Below, piece after piece: positions 1 to 9,573 of a stretch of 41,711 nucleotides of DNA. The stretch lies in the NCBI GenBank assembly GCA_050300975.1, contig JBNKYQ010000001.1, positions 1-41,711 on the forward strand, given 5' to 3'. The position numbers and the translations under genes are program-made. Each line of letters starts with the position of its first letter. The stretch's first letter is position 1. The notes below the pieces were generated by a model. That model was not told the origin of the DNA. It did no database searches and saw only the letters and a list, made by a program, of their open reading frames with translations. The DNA is from Kordiimonas sp. (GTDB lineage: Bacteria > Pseudomonadota > Alphaproteobacteria > Sphingomonadales > Kordiimonadaceae).

Positions 1-1
1 G

Positions 2-121
2 CTGCAGAAAAAGATCAAGGACCTGATTGGCGTATCCACAAGGATCGACCTCAGGGAACCGGGCGGTGTTCCGCGCTCTGAAGGCAAGGCCAAAAGAGTG
101 GTGGATAACCGCGGAAACTAG
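2..121 (+). CDS. paaK: Phenylacetate-CoA ligase, C-terminal fragment (5' end outside window)
   Basis: Frame from position 2 reads LQKKIKDLIGVSTRIDLREPGGVPRSEGKAKRVVDNRGN*; RSEGKAKRVVD is the typical PaaK C-terminus; lies directly upstream of paaA. Confidence 0.88.
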   Translation: MQKKIKDLIGVSTRIDLREPGGVPRSEGKAKRVVDNRGN

Positions 122-156
122 CTTTGAGCATGTGGGTGGTTCATTTTGGAAGTATA

Positions 157-185
157 TTGACCGACCGGTCGATTAATTATAAAAT
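157..185 (+). promoter_or_regulatory. Sigma70-type paaA promoter overlapped by a PaaR (TetR-type) operator
   Basis: TTGACC (157-162)-N17-TAAAAT (180-185). The palindrome ACCGACCGGTCGAT (160-173) differs by 1 nt from the ACCGACCGGTCGGT inverted repeat known at TetR-type PaaR-regulated paa promoters. Confidence 0.75.
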
Positions 186-255
186 GACCCACAAGTCGCG
201 CTGATCAGGCACCAAAAGTGCCACCAGGGCAAAGCGCAAGAGGAGAGGCAGTCAA

Positions 256-1257
256 ATGTACACAACTGACTTACGGACCAAAGAGCAGAAACAGAAAGAC
301 CAGCAGAACTCTCTGGCTACGGTAACTGAGGATGACATTGCCTTTCAGGCGCGGATCGACGACGACCAGTTCATCGAGCCCAAGGATTATATGCCTGAGG
401 CCTACCGCAAGACGCTCATTCGGCAGATTGCCCAGCACGCGCATTCCGAGATTGTTGGTATGCTGCCCGAAGGGAACTGGGTGACACGGGCGCCATCCCT
501 GCGCCGCAAGCTGATCCTGATTGCCAAGATCCAGGATGAGGCGGGGCATGGTCTGTACCTCTATAGCGCGGCTGAAACGCTGGGCGTGGCGCGCGACGAC
601 CTTGTGCAGGAGCTGCATGAAGGTAAGGCGAAATATTCGACCATCTTCAACTATCCGTCGCTCAATTGGGCCGACATTGGCGCCATCGGCTGGCTGGTGG
701 ATGGGGCAGCTATCACCAACCAGATTCCGCTGTGCCGCTGTTCGTACGGACCCTATTCGCGGGCGATGATCCGCGTCTGCAAGGAAGAGAGTTTCCACCA
801 GCGCCAGGGCTTCGACATCCTCGTGGCGCTGTGCAACGGCACTGCGAAGCAGAAGGCGATGGCACAGGACGCGCTGGACCGCTGGTGGTGGCCGTCGCTG
901 ATGATGTTCGGTCCCTCCGACTCCGACAGCGTCCATTCCGAGCAGTCGATGAAGTGGAAGATCAAGCGCCAGAGCAACGACGAACTGCGCCAGCGTTTCA
1001 TTGATGCGACCATACCGCAGGCGGAGGCGCTTGGCCTTACCGTTCCTGACCCGGACCTGAAATGGAACGAGGAGCGTGGCCACTATGATTTTGGCGTGAT
1101 CGACTGGGACGAATTCTGGGCCGTGGTCCGGGGTGAAGGCATCTGCGCCCGCGACCGGGTCCGCGACCGTGTCAAAGCCTATGACGAAGGGGCGTGGGTT
1201 CGCGAAGCCGCGGAAGCCTATGCCGCCAAACAGAAACAGAATGCTGCAGTAGCGTAA
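256..1257 (+). CDS. paaA: 1,2-phenylacetyl-CoA epoxidase subunit A (di-iron catalytic subunit)
   Basis: 333 aa; [33 protein letters not shown] motifs; RBS AGGAGAGG. Confidence 0.97.
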   Translation: MYTTDLRTKEQKQKDQQNSLATVTEDDIAFQARIDDDQFIEPKDYMPEAYRKTLIRQIAQHAHSEIVGMLPEGNWVTRAPSLRRKLILIAKIQDEAGHGLYLYSAAETLGVARDDLVQELHEGKAKYSTIFNYPSLNWADIGAIGWLVDGAAITNQIPLCRCSYGPYSRAMIRVCKEESFHQRQGFDILVALCNGTAKQKAMAQDALDRWWWPSLMMFGPSDSDSVHSEQSMKWKIKRQSNDELRQRFIDATIPQAEALGLTVPDPDLKWNEERGHYDFGVIDWDEFWAVVRGEGICARDRVRDRVKAYDEGAWVREAAEAYAAKQKQNAAVA

Positions 1258-1271
1258 GTCGGGAGAGTGAT

Positions 1272-1556
1272 ATGAGTAATCAGTGGGACCTTTTTGAAGT
1301 ATTTATCCGTTCCAAGAACGGAACGTCGCACAAGCATGCCGGCAGCATTCACGCAGCAGACGCGCAGATGGCCATCGACAATGCGCGGGACCTGTATACC
1401 CGCAGGGGTGAGGGGACCAGTATCTGGGTTGTTCGCTCGAAGGATGTCACAGCATCCGATCCCGGCGAAGCTGCAGCGCTGTTCGAACCCGCAGAGAGCA
1501 AGATTTACCGTCATCCAACCTTCTACGACATCCCCAAAGATGTCCCGAATATTTAG
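1272..1556 (+). CDS. paaB: 1,2-phenylacetyl-CoA epoxidase subunit B
   Basis: 94 aa from ATG 1272 (RBS GGGAGAG); FEVFIRS..HKHAGSIHAAD..ARDLYTRR..SIWVV..YRHPTFY. Confidence 0.96.
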   Translation: MSNQWDLFEVFIRSKNGTSHKHAGSIHAADAQMAIDNARDLYTRRGEGTSIWVVRSKDVTASDPGEAAALFEPAESKIYRHPTFYDIPKDVPNI

Positions 1557-1567
1557 GGAGGGATGTG

Positions 1568-2344
1568 ATGTCGCAGAAAGCAAATGAAACGGGTGCAGCC
1601 CTTCTTGAGTATGTCCTTGGCCTGGCTGACGACAGCCTGATCCTGGGGCAGCGTGTGTCAGAGTGGCTTGGCCATGCGCCGGCGATGGAACTGGATATCG
1701 CCTGCTCCAACCTGGCGCTCGACCTGATCGGGCAGGCGCAGCTCTACTATGAATATGCCGCCAAATTGCAGGGCGAAGGCAAATGCGCAGACGATTTGGC
1801 CTTCCACAGGGACGGCCACGATTTTCGCAACCACCTGTTGGTGGAGCAGCCCAATGGGGACTTTGGCAAAACCATTGCCCGTCACTATCTTTTCATGGTG
1901 TTCCATCTGAAGCGGTCTGAACTGCTTGTTGGTTCAGATGACAAAGAGTTGGCGGGAATCGCGGCGAAAACAGTGCGCGAGCTTGAGTACCATCTGCGCT
2001 TTTCAGCAGACTGGTTCCGCCGCCTGGCACTTGGCACCGAAGAAGGCAATCGCCGTGTTCAGGACGGTCTTGAAGATCTGTGGTCATTCACCTTCGAGAT
2101 GTTCAAGGACGTTGATGCAGAGGCGCCTCTCTATGAGGCAGGAACTGTTCCGCGGCCATCAGGGATCGAAGCTTCCTGGCGCGCGGCTGTCGCTGACCTG
2201 CTGACAGAAGCCAACATCCAGCCGTCTGCGCGCAAGGCTGCGCCAACCAGGGGTCGCATCGCCGGGCACCACACGGAACATCTTGGGCACCTGCTGGCTG
2301 AGATGCAGTTCCTGCAGCGCGCTTATCCCGGCCTGTCTTGGTGA
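1568..2344 (+). CDS. paaC: 1,2-phenylacetyl-CoA epoxidase subunit C
   Basis: LILGQRVSEWLGHAP, EQPNGDF, HTEHLGHLLAEMQFLQRAYPG motifs; operon position. Confidence 0.96.
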   Translation: MSQKANETGAALLEYVLGLADDSLILGQRVSEWLGHAPAMELDIACSNLALDLIGQAQLYYEYAAKLQGEGKCADDLAFHRDGHDFRNHLLVEQPNGDFGKTIARHYLFMVFHLKRSELLVGSDDKELAGIAAKTVRELEYHLRFSADWFRRLALGTEEGNRRVQDGLEDLWSFTFEMFKDVDAEAPLYEAGTVPRPSGIEASWRAAVADLLTEANIQPSARKAAPTRGRIAGHHTEHLGHLLAEMQFLQRAYPGLSW

Positions 2345-2346
2345 TA

Positions 2347-2850
2347 ATGATGACAGTATCCGCCAAAGACATCGAAGTGTTTGGAACCGAACAGCACGTT
2401 TGGCAGGTGCTTGAAGGCGTGCCTGACCCGGAAGTGCCGGTGCTTTCCGTCGTGGACCTTGGCGTTGTTCGGGGGGTGACAATTGTTGGTGATGCGGCAG
2501 TGAAACTGGACGTGACACCAACCTATTCGGGTTGCCCGGCAACCAGCCTGATCACAGCCGCCATCGAGTTGGCCCTCAAGGACGCGGGCTATACCACTGA
2601 AACGCAGACAGTTCTGTCTCCGCCATGGACGTCGGACTGGATCTCAGAGGACGGCAGGCGGAAATTGAAGGAATATGGCATCGCGCCACCTTCGCCGTGC
2701 GGCACGCGGGGTGCAGCCATGACGGTTCCCTGCCCGCAGTGTGGGTCTGAGGATACGGCGCTGACAAGCGAGTTTGGCTCGACGGCCTGCAAGGCGCTTT
2801 TCAAGTGCAACGCATGCCTCGAACCCTTCGAATATTTTAAGTGTATCTAA
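2347..2850 (+). CDS. paaD: 1,2-phenylacetyl-CoA epoxidase subunit D (Fe-S maturation, DUF59 domain)
   Basis: VPDPEVPVLSVVDLG, TPTYSGCPA, CPQCGS, FGSTACKALFKC..CLEPFEYFKC. Confidence 0.96.
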   Translation: MMTVSAKDIEVFGTEQHVWQVLEGVPDPEVPVLSVVDLGVVRGVTIVGDAAVKLDVTPTYSGCPATSLITAAIELALKDAGYTTETQTVLSPPWTSDWISEDGRRKLKEYGIAPPSPCGTRGAAMTVPCPQCGSEDTALTSEFGSTACKALFKCNACLEPFEYFKCI

Positions 2851-2865
2851 GTCAGGGATCAGTAG

Positions 2866-3939
2866 ATGAAACATTATCACCCGTTGACGGTTCAAAGCAT
2901 TGTCCAGGAAGCTCAGGATGCCGTGTGTGTCAGTTTTGCTGTTCCTGAGGAGCTCTCGGATACCTATCGATACCAGCAAGGTCAACATGTGGGGTTACGC
3001 AAGAAATTTGCTGATCAGGATGTTCGCCGCAGCTATTCCATCGCGTCCAGCGTCCAGGACGGGAAGCTGGATATTGCTGTCCGCAAGGTCGATGGTGGCG
3101 TGTTTTCGTCTTTCATCAATGAAGAGCTGAAGGTTGGCGATACCCTGGATGTCTTTCCGCCGGTCGGGACCTTCCGCACGGAATTGGACCCGGCAGCAGA
3201 GCGCACCTATGTAGCTTTCGCCGCCGGCAGCGGTATCACGCCGATCTATTCCATTGTCAAGACCACGCTGGAAGCAGAGCCAAACAGCCAGTTTGTCTTG
3301 TTCCTTGGTAACCGGAATAGCCGGTCCATCATCTTCCGCAACCGACTTTCGGACCTGAAGAACCAGTTTATGGGGCGGCTGAGCGTCTATCATTTCCTGA
3401 GTCAGGAAGAAAACGACATCGAGCTGTTCAATGGTCGCCTTGACGGTGACAAAGCGAAAGCTCTCGTGGGGCGTATCGTACCTGCGGCCAGGATTGACGA
3501 GGTCTATGTCTGTGGCCCCGGCACCATGATTGAAGAAGTGACCAGTGCCCTTGTGGAAGAGGGTGTTGAGCCAGCCCGCATTCATCACGAACATTTCGGC
3601 GTGACAGACACCGCCGCGATGAGTGCCGCCGCCCCGCGCGCCAAGAGTGCAAAAAGTGGCCAGGTCAGTCTCACGGTTATCCGCGATGGCGAAAGCTTCA
3701 ACCTTGAGGTCCAGCAATCGGACAAGCCGCTTCTGGACAATATCGCCGATAGTGGCATCGATGTCCCGTATTCGTGCAAGGGTGGTGTTTGCTGCACTTG
3801 TCGCGCGAAGGTTGTGAAGGGCGAGGCAGAAATGGTGCTAAATTATGGCCTCGAGGACGAGGACGTTAAAAAAGGATTCATTCTTACGTGTCAAAGTTAC
3901 CCGGTATCTAAAAAACTGGTTCTAGATTTTGACGCCTAA
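2866..3939 (+). CDS. paaE: 1,2-phenylacetyl-CoA epoxidase reductase subunit E (FAD/NAD + 2Fe-2S)
   Basis: RRSYSI, AAGSGITP, VYVCGP and ferredoxin PYSCKGGVCCTC..ILTCQ motifs. Confidence 0.96.
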   Translation: MKHYHPLTVQSIVQEAQDAVCVSFAVPEELSDTYRYQQGQHVGLRKKFADQDVRRSYSIASSVQDGKLDIAVRKVDGGVFSSFINEELKVGDTLDVFPPVGTFRTELDPAAERTYVAFAAGSGITPIYSIVKTTLEAEPNSQFVLFLGNRNSRSIIFRNRLSDLKNQFMGRLSVYHFLSQEENDIELFNGRLDGDKAKALVGRIVPAARIDEVYVCGPGTMIEEVTSALVEEGVEPARIHHEHFGVTDTAAMSAAAPRAKSAKSGQVSLTVIRDGESFNLEVQQSDKPLLDNIADSGIDVPYSCKGGVCCTCRAKVVKGEAEMVLNYGLEDEDVKKGFILTCQSYPVSKKLVLDFDA

Positions 3940-4009
3940 AAAGGCTGGGAAAATTAAGTTGGAGCCAGCGATTGGAACATTAGTACGAGGAGGTGTATCT
4001 ATTTTATAG

Positions 4010-4023
4010 AATGACCGGTCGAT
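4010..4023. promoter_or_regulatory. Second PaaR-like operator upstream of the TonB-dependent receptor
   Basis: AATGACCGGTCGAT shares GACCGGTCGAT with the paaA operator at 160-173. Confidence 0.6.
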
Positions 4024-4066
4024 CAATGATCGGAATTCAACGGCTAACTGAGGATGGCACGGCCCC

Positions 4067-4086
4067 TGTCATCCAATAAGGGGACA
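4067..4086. promoter_or_regulatory. 20-bp imperfect palindrome, candidate LuxR-type activator box (copy 1)
   Basis: TGTCAT-CCAATAAG-GGGACA followed after 21 nt by TATTTT (4108-4113); same geometry as the copy at 9499-9518. Confidence 0.5.
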
Positions 4087-4237
4087 GAAGCTGGTTGGTA
4101 CGTTGGATATTTTGGAAGGGGAAACGCTCACTACCGGAATAGAGGGAGTTTCACGTTTGACGTCACAAGGAAGAAACGGCTGAGAACGTGATTTTGCAGC
4201 AGGAAGGCTGCAGCCGGTAATGTAAATGGGAAGTGAC

Positions 4238-6541
4238 ATGAAACAACTTATGCTAACTGCTTCGGCATCAGCCCTGCTGGCTGCGCTGCCTACGAACTAC
4301 GCAATGGCTCAGGACTCTGAATTTTCGGGGTTTGAGCTGGAAGAAATTACAGTAACCGCCCAAAAACGCTCCGAAAGCATGCAGGACGTTCCGCTGGCCA
4401 TCACGGCCATCGCTGGCGACAAGCTGCGTGAAGCCAACATTGCTTCGTTGCAGGATGTTGGTAACCGCACGCCCGGTATGGTTTTCGCTGCCTTTAGCCC
4501 AGGCCAGCCGGAAATCGCTATCCGCGGCATTGGTACCAAAGAGGACGGCGCCTCGGCATCTGACTCCACAGTGGTATCGATTGACGGTGTCTATATCGCG
4601 GCGCGTACTGCCCAGGTCTTTGACATTTTTGACCTCGAGCGCGTGGAAGTGCTGCGTGGCCCGCAAGGCACCCTATACGGCAAGAACTCCATCGGCGGAT
4701 CGATCAACTTTGTGACCTCGAAGCCAAGCGACGAGACAAAAATCCGCGTCCGTCAGACGGTTGGCAACTATGACACCTTCGATACGGGCGGCATGATTTC
4801 AGGCCCGATCAGCGATACCTTCTTTGGCAAGTTCGCCTTTTCGCGCCGCAAGCGTGACGGTTATATCGACAACGTCCTGCCGGGTGAGAACTTCGGCAAG
4901 AAGTGGGGCGAGCAGAACACCTTCGCCTGGCGCAGCCAGTTCCGTTGGGTCCTGAGCGACAATTTTGAGGCTCTCCTGTCCTTCGATGGTGCGGATGACA
5001 GCATGGGCGCAACCAACCGTGAGCCTGTGGGCTCCGCCGGGCCGCTTCACAACTGTGGTTGTGCCTCTGACCCTGCCGCTGTGAACGCGGCACTCGGCGG
5101 CGACACCAGCCCGTGGGATACGCTTGCTGAAACAGAAGGCTACACCGAGCGCGATGTGTTCGGCACCCACCTGCAGCTTGATTATGACATGGACTGGGCC
5201 AGCTTCATGTCGCTTACCGCTTACCGCGAGAGCGATTTCGACTGGCTTGAGGACTCTGAAGGTCTGCCGCCATATCCTGGCCTGATCGATCTGACTGGTA
5301 GCTCCGGCAACCCCGGTCCGCTGTTGACCGATTCTGCAAGCCAGGGCTTCACCTTCGACATCAACGACTCTGCGCTTGAGACGTCTGAGCAGTGGATGCA
5401 GGAATTCCGCCTGACGTCCCCTGGCGGTGAAACGTTTGACTGGCTCGTGGGCGCCTTCTTCTCCAAGGAAGAAATCAACCGTTCCGAGACCTTTGAATTC
5501 ACGACCCTTGGCGGTCCCGCAGGGCAGGATGTAGAAACATCCTACCAGACCCACAAGGGCACCAGCTGGGCCATGTATGGTCAGGGCACCTATAACGTGA
5601 ACGAAGACCTGGGCCTGACAATCGGCCTGCGCTACTCCCACGACAAGAAGAAGGGTACTGCCGAATCCGTTCTGGATCCGGGCATTGGTCTTCTCCTTAA
5701 GGCCTTTGACGAGGTGGCGTTTGAGAAATCCTGGAATGATTTCTCCTGGCGCATCGCACTGGACTACCGTCTGAACGACTCTGTCCTGATGTACGCGAAC
5801 GTATCAACCGGCTTCAAAAGCGGTGGCTTCACCGGTAGTGCTTCCACAGCCGCTGTTGCAGCTACGCCGTTCGATCCTGAGGAAGCAACCAACTATGAAG
5901 TTGGTATCAAGTCGGACCTGTTTGATCGCCGCCTGCGCCTGAATGCGACGGCCTTCTTCACCGACTATAAAGACCTCCAGGTAACCCGCTTCTTCCAGCC
6001 ACTTGGTGGCGACTTCGGTGAGTTCATCACTGAAAACGCTGGTAAAGCGGAGATCAAAGGCCTTGAGTTGGAGTGGACAGCGCTGTTGACCCAGAGCCTT
6101 GAGTTCGGTGGCTCCTATGCATACCTGGACGCAAAATACACCAGCTTCCAGGGCACGCCATCTGCGGCTGACCCAACGGCTAACTTCAACGGCAACCGGT
6201 TGCGTCAGGCACCGAAGCACAGCGCCAACGCCTACATGAACTACACGCATGATATGGGCGATAACGGTACGCTGTCGGCGGTGGTTGAATGGCGTTACCA
6301 GGGCCTGAGCTACTATGACCCGGACATGAACGATCTGGCGACGATCCCAAGCTACAACCTTTGGGACGCCCGCATGGTCTGGAAGTCTGTGGAGGGCAAC
6401 TATGAAGTTTCCCTTTGGGGTCAGAACATCGGCAACGAGGAATACCGGACCCACGTATTTACACAGCGTGGTGGTCGGATTGCCTTCGCCCAGTATGGCA
6501 TGCCGCGGACTTATGGTCTGACGTTCACCTACAACTACTAA
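4238..6541 (+). CDS. TonB-dependent outer-membrane receptor
   Basis: Signal peptide, TonB box LEEITVTAQKR, plug motif ERVEVLRGPQGTLYG, C-terminal PRTYGLTFTYNY; ATG 4238 follows GGGAAG (alternative start 4226). Confidence 0.95.
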   Translation: MKQLMLTASASALLAALPTNYAMAQDSEFSGFELEEITVTAQKRSESMQDVPLAITAIAGDKLREANIASLQDVGNRTPGMVFAAFSPGQPEIAIRGIGTKEDGASASDSTVVSIDGVYIAARTAQVFDIFDLERVEVLRGPQGTLYGKNSIGGSINFVTSKPSDETKIRVRQTVGNYDTFDTGGMISGPISDTFFGKFAFSRRKRDGYIDNVLPGENFGKKWGEQNTFAWRSQFRWVLSDNFEALLSFDGADDSMGATNREPVGSAGPLHNCGCASDPAAVNAALGGDTSPWDTLAETEGYTERDVFGTHLQLDYDMDWASFMSLTAYRESDFDWLEDSEGLPPYPGLIDLTGSSGNPGPLLTDSASQGFTFDINDSALETSEQWMQEFRLTSPGGETFDWLVGAFFSKEEINRSETFEFTTLGGPAGQDVETSYQTHKGTSWAMYGQGTYNVNEDLGLTIGLRYSHDKKKGTAESVLDPGIGLLLKAFDEVAFEKSWNDFSWRIALDYRLNDSVLMYANVSTGFKSGGFTGSASTAAVAATPFDPEEATNYEVGIKSDLFDRRLRLNATAFFTDYKDLQVTRFFQPLGGDFGEFITENAGKAEIKGLELEWTALLTQSLEFGGSYAYLDAKYTSFQGTPSAADPTANFNGNRLRQAPKHSANAYMNYTHDMGDNGTLSAVVEWRYQGLSYYDPDMNDLATIPSYNLWDARMVWKSVEGNYEVSLWGQNIGNEEYRTHVFTQRGGRIAFAQYGMPRTYGLTFTYNY

Positions 6542-6565
6542 GCGGAAATCCCAACCCCCCTAGGT

Positions 6566-6602
6566 TCAGGAGCATATGGTGCCTTGCATCATGTGCTCCT
6601 GA
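6566..6602 (+). other. Long intergenic stem-loop downstream of the receptor gene (mRNA stabiliser or partial terminator)
   Basis: TCAGGAGCATATGGTGC-ctt-GCATCATGTGCTCCTGA forms a 17-bp stem with two G-U pairs; no U tract. Confidence 0.6.
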
Positions 6603-6638
6603 TCCACCCCGCTTGGTTGATCACGGAAGTAGAGAAAT

Positions 6639-6950
6639 ATGGATCTGGGTTTGTCTGACAGGGAAGCTGCGCAGCTGAAGGCGATGAAGCCGCTGATAGC
6701 GAAACGCGTGAAAATATCCCTGTCCCTTTCGCTCTTTCTTGTTGCCGCATATGCAGCCTACGGCTTCTTGCTGACCGGTGACGGCGCCTATGCTGGCACC
6801 AAAGTATGGGGGCAAATGACCCTTGTGTTTCTGGTGTCCGTGATCATGGTCGTGCTCGGCGTAGCGGTTTCCGGAATTTATACCTGGTGGTGCCGACATC
6901 ACCTTGATCCCCTTGTTGAAGGCATCAAGCAGGGGGATGAAGATGAATAA
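6639..6950 (+). CDS. DUF485 / YjcH-like small membrane protein
   Basis: 103 aa, two hydrophobic helices, ..GIYTWW...LDP tail; overlaps the start of the ActP-like gene, the classic yjcH-actP pairing. Confidence 0.85.
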   Translation: MDLGLSDREAAQLKAMKPLIAKRVKISLSLSLFLVAAYAAYGFLLTGDGAYAGTKVWGQMTLVFLVSVIMVVLGVAVSGIYTWWCRHHLDPLVEGIKQGDEDE

Positions 6951-8622
6951 GCATGGCTTGGTACATTTTAAGGCGGTGCTGTTGGTGCTGCTTACCTCTC
7001 TCGTGGGCGTAGGCTCTGGTGCATATGCTGCGGAGGCAGGCGCGTACGCTCCCTCTTTGAATGTTACGGCAGTGGCCACTTTTATCTGTTTTGTTGTGAC
7101 AACGCTGCTGATCACATGGTGGGCAGCGAAACGCGTTCACTCCAGGCAAGACTTTCTGGTTGCAGGCGGTGGGTTGAAGCCCTGGCAGAACGGTATGGCC
7201 ATTGCCGGTGATTTCATGTCTGCGGCAACATTCCTTGGTATCACCGGTGCCCTTTATTTCCGCGGCCAGGACGCTTTTGTCCTGGGGGTCGGGATCATGG
7301 TGGGCTGGCCGCTGATTTTGATGGTGGTCGCCGAACGTTTCCGAAATCTGGGCAGTATCACGTTCATTGATGTGCTGTCGAACCGGCTGGATGAAAAGCC
7401 AGTTCGCATCATGGCGTCCTGCATTTCGCTGTGTATCGTCATCTTCTACATGATCGCCCAGATGGTTGGCGCGGGTACGCTCATCCAGGTGCTGTTCGGC
7501 CTCGATTATATCTGGGCGGTGATGATCGTCGGCCTTCTGATGACAATCTATGTCACCTTCGGCGGCATGGTTGCCACAACGTGGGTCCAGATCATCAAGG
7601 CCAGCCTGTTGTTGCTTGGCGGCACCTACCTGACCTACGCGATCCTAGAGCGGACCGGCTTCTCGCTAGACAGCGTGATGGTGCAGGCGGCAGAGATCAG
7701 CCCCCTTGGCGAGCGCATCCTTGGCACCACTGGTTGGTTCGGCGGTGACCCAGTCGCGGTGGCAACAGTTGCCATGACCATGGCGTTCGGTGTGATGGGG
7801 TTGCCGCATATCCTGATGCGCTTCTTTACTGTCAAGAACGCGGCGGACGCGCGGCAATCGGTCTTCTACGCCACGTCCATCATGGGATACTTCTATATCC
7901 TCATCCTGATCATAGGCCTTGGCGCGGTTTATCTGTTGGCAACGGACCCCACGATTTTTGATGACGCGGGTGCGCTTCAAGGCGGCGCCAATATGGTAGC
8001 CATCCACTTGTCTCGCATCGCGGGCGGTGATGTTGTCTATGGTTTCATGGCCGCTGTGTGTTTTGCGACCATTCTGGCCGTCGTGGCGGGGTTGACGCTC
8101 TCTGGCGCGGCGACCGTGGCGCACGACCTCTATTCTCAGGTGTTCTCGGACGGCAAATTGACCGATGAACGCGAAGTCTATGTTACCCGGGCGGCAACTA
8201 TCGCCATCGGGGTGCTGGCCATCTGCCTGGGCCTTGCGTTCGAAGGTGAGAATGTTGCCGTAACGGCTGCGCTGGCGCTTGCCATCGGCGCAAGCGTGAA
8301 TTGCCCGATCATCCTTCTTGCCCTTTACTGGAAAGGCCTGACCACGCGGGGTGTTGTCTGGGGCGGCTACTTGGGGCTTGCGCTGTGCGTTGGCCTGATC
8401 ATCGCCAGCCCGGGCGTCATGGTGGCGGCACTGGGTTATAAGGAAGCCCTGTTCCCCTATACCTATCCAACGGTCATCAGCATGCCCGTGACCTTCCTGC
8501 TAGTGATGGCGATTTCCTGGCTTGACCGGTCGAACCAGGCCCGTGCCGACAGGATGACCTATGATCGCCAACTGCTTGAATCCGAATTGGGGGCCAATAT
8601 CGCCAAACCGTCAGGACACTAA
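6943..8622 (+). CDS. actP: Sodium:solute symporter, ActP/PaaL-like (mono)carboxylate permease
   Basis: QNGMAIAGDFMSAATFLG, FGGMVATTWVQIIKA, GLPHILMRFFTV, AFATILAVVAGL-like motifs; many TM helices; start 6943 (or 6937). Confidence 0.88.
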   Translation: MNKHGLVHFKAVLLVLLTSLVGVGSGAYAAEAGAYAPSLNVTAVATFICFVVTTLLITWWAAKRVHSRQDFLVAGGGLKPWQNGMAIAGDFMSAATFLGITGALYFRGQDAFVLGVGIMVGWPLILMVVAERFRNLGSITFIDVLSNRLDEKPVRIMASCISLCIVIFYMIAQMVGAGTLIQVLFGLDYIWAVMIVGLLMTIYVTFGGMVATTWVQIIKASLLLLGGTYLTYAILERTGFSLDSVMVQAAEISPLGERILGTTGWFGGDPVAVATVAMTMAFGVMGLPHILMRFFTVKNAADARQSVFYATSIMGYFYILILIIGLGAVYLLATDPTIFDDAGALQGGANMVAIHLSRIAGGDVVYGFMAAVCFATILAVVAGLTLSGAATVAHDLYSQVFSDGKLTDEREVYVTRAATIAIGVLAICLGLAFEGENVAVTAALALAIGASVNCPIILLALYWKGLTTRGVVWGGYLGLALCVGLIIASPGVMVAALGYKEALFPYTYPTVISMPVTFLLVMAISWLDRSNQARADRMTYDRQLLESELGANIAKPSGH

Positions 8623-8624
8623 AC

Positions 8625-9479
8625 GTGACAGCAAGAACAGCCTTTGCGAATCTAGTGAAAACATGCCCGGCCGCGACCGACCTGCTGGCCGAGGTGGCCA
8701 AGCTGACGCGTGCGGTGGGCGAGGAGATTTTCGAAGGACGGCTGATCGGTTTCCTGTCTGCGGTGGTGCCTGTGGACCACTGCGTGGTCTTTACTTACAC
8801 CAATAGCGGCGAAGCCGGGCACTTGTTCACGCACAGCCGAATGCCCGCAGATGCCGCCGAGCGGCTTGCCCGGGCCTATGTGGAAAAATTTCACACCGAA
8901 GACCCGAACTATCCCGATATCCAGAAACTGGAAAAGGAACGGTATCACACGCTGGAGCGCCGCCGTGGCATGAACCAAGGCTATGCCCCCAGCTACAAGG
9001 ACCACTTCTTCGATAGCTGTGGCCTGATCGACAAGGCCGCTGCTGTCGGCAAGGTGGAAGACGGTAAGGTTTACTGCAACTTCTACCGTCTGGCGGGGTC
9101 GGATACCTATACCGATGACGAATGGGACACCTTATGCGCGGTGATGCCGCTTGTGACGGCCTTGGTTGCCAAGCACTATGAGCTTTCAAAAGCTCGCGGC
9201 CTCGTGTTCCAGGACAACGGCAGCGAAAACATCATCCGCAAAAGCATTGTGCACGATATGGTGACTGGTGATGTTGAAGCCTTTTCTGTGCTGACAGACC
9301 GGGAAAAACAGGTATGCGAACGCATCCTGCTTGGCTTCACAACAGCAGGGATTGGGCTGGATCTGGATATTGCGCCTACAAGCGTGGCGACCTACAGGAA
9401 ACGCGCTTACGCGAAGCTCAATATCTCGTCGCAGAACGAGCTTTTCTCGCTGTGCTTGCGCAATAGGCGCGCTTCCTAG
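8625..9479 (+). CDS. LuxR-family helix-turn-helix transcriptional regulator with N-terminal sensory domain
   Basis: C-terminal LTDREKQVCERILLG..IGLDLDIAPTSVATYRKRAYAKLNISSQNELF; GTG start after AGGA. Confidence 0.88.
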   Translation: MTARTAFANLVKTCPAATDLLAEVAKLTRAVGEEIFEGRLIGFLSAVVPVDHCVVFTYTNSGEAGHLFTHSRMPADAAERLARAYVEKFHTEDPNYPDIQKLEKERYHTLERRRGMNQGYAPSYKDHFFDSCGLIDKAAAVGKVEDGKVYCNFYRLAGSDTYTDDEWDTLCAVMPLVTALVAKHYELSKARGLVFQDNGSENIIRKSIVHDMVTGDVEAFSVLTDREKQVCERILLGFTTAGIGLDLDIAPTSVATYRKRAYAKLNISSQNELFSLCLRNRRAS

Positions 9480-9498
9480 GATACTGGTGGCGGGCATT

Positions 9499-9518
9499 TG
9501 TCCCATGGCGAAGGGACA
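9499..9518. promoter_or_regulatory. 20-bp palindrome, candidate LuxR-type activator box (copy 2)
   Basis: TGTCCC-ATGGCGAA-GGGACA followed after 21 nt by TATATT (9540-9545), upstream of the MBL gene. Confidence 0.55.
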
Positions 9519-9573
9519 GGCAGTCGCGATAAATTCGATTATATTTGGCTAAAGCAAATTACAGGAGACAAGC

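Noticed and set aside
4055-4070. TGGCACGG sigma54-like -24 element (similar ones near 25983 and 26579)
   Set aside because: No GC at the required GG-N10-GC spacing (GT or wrong spacing).
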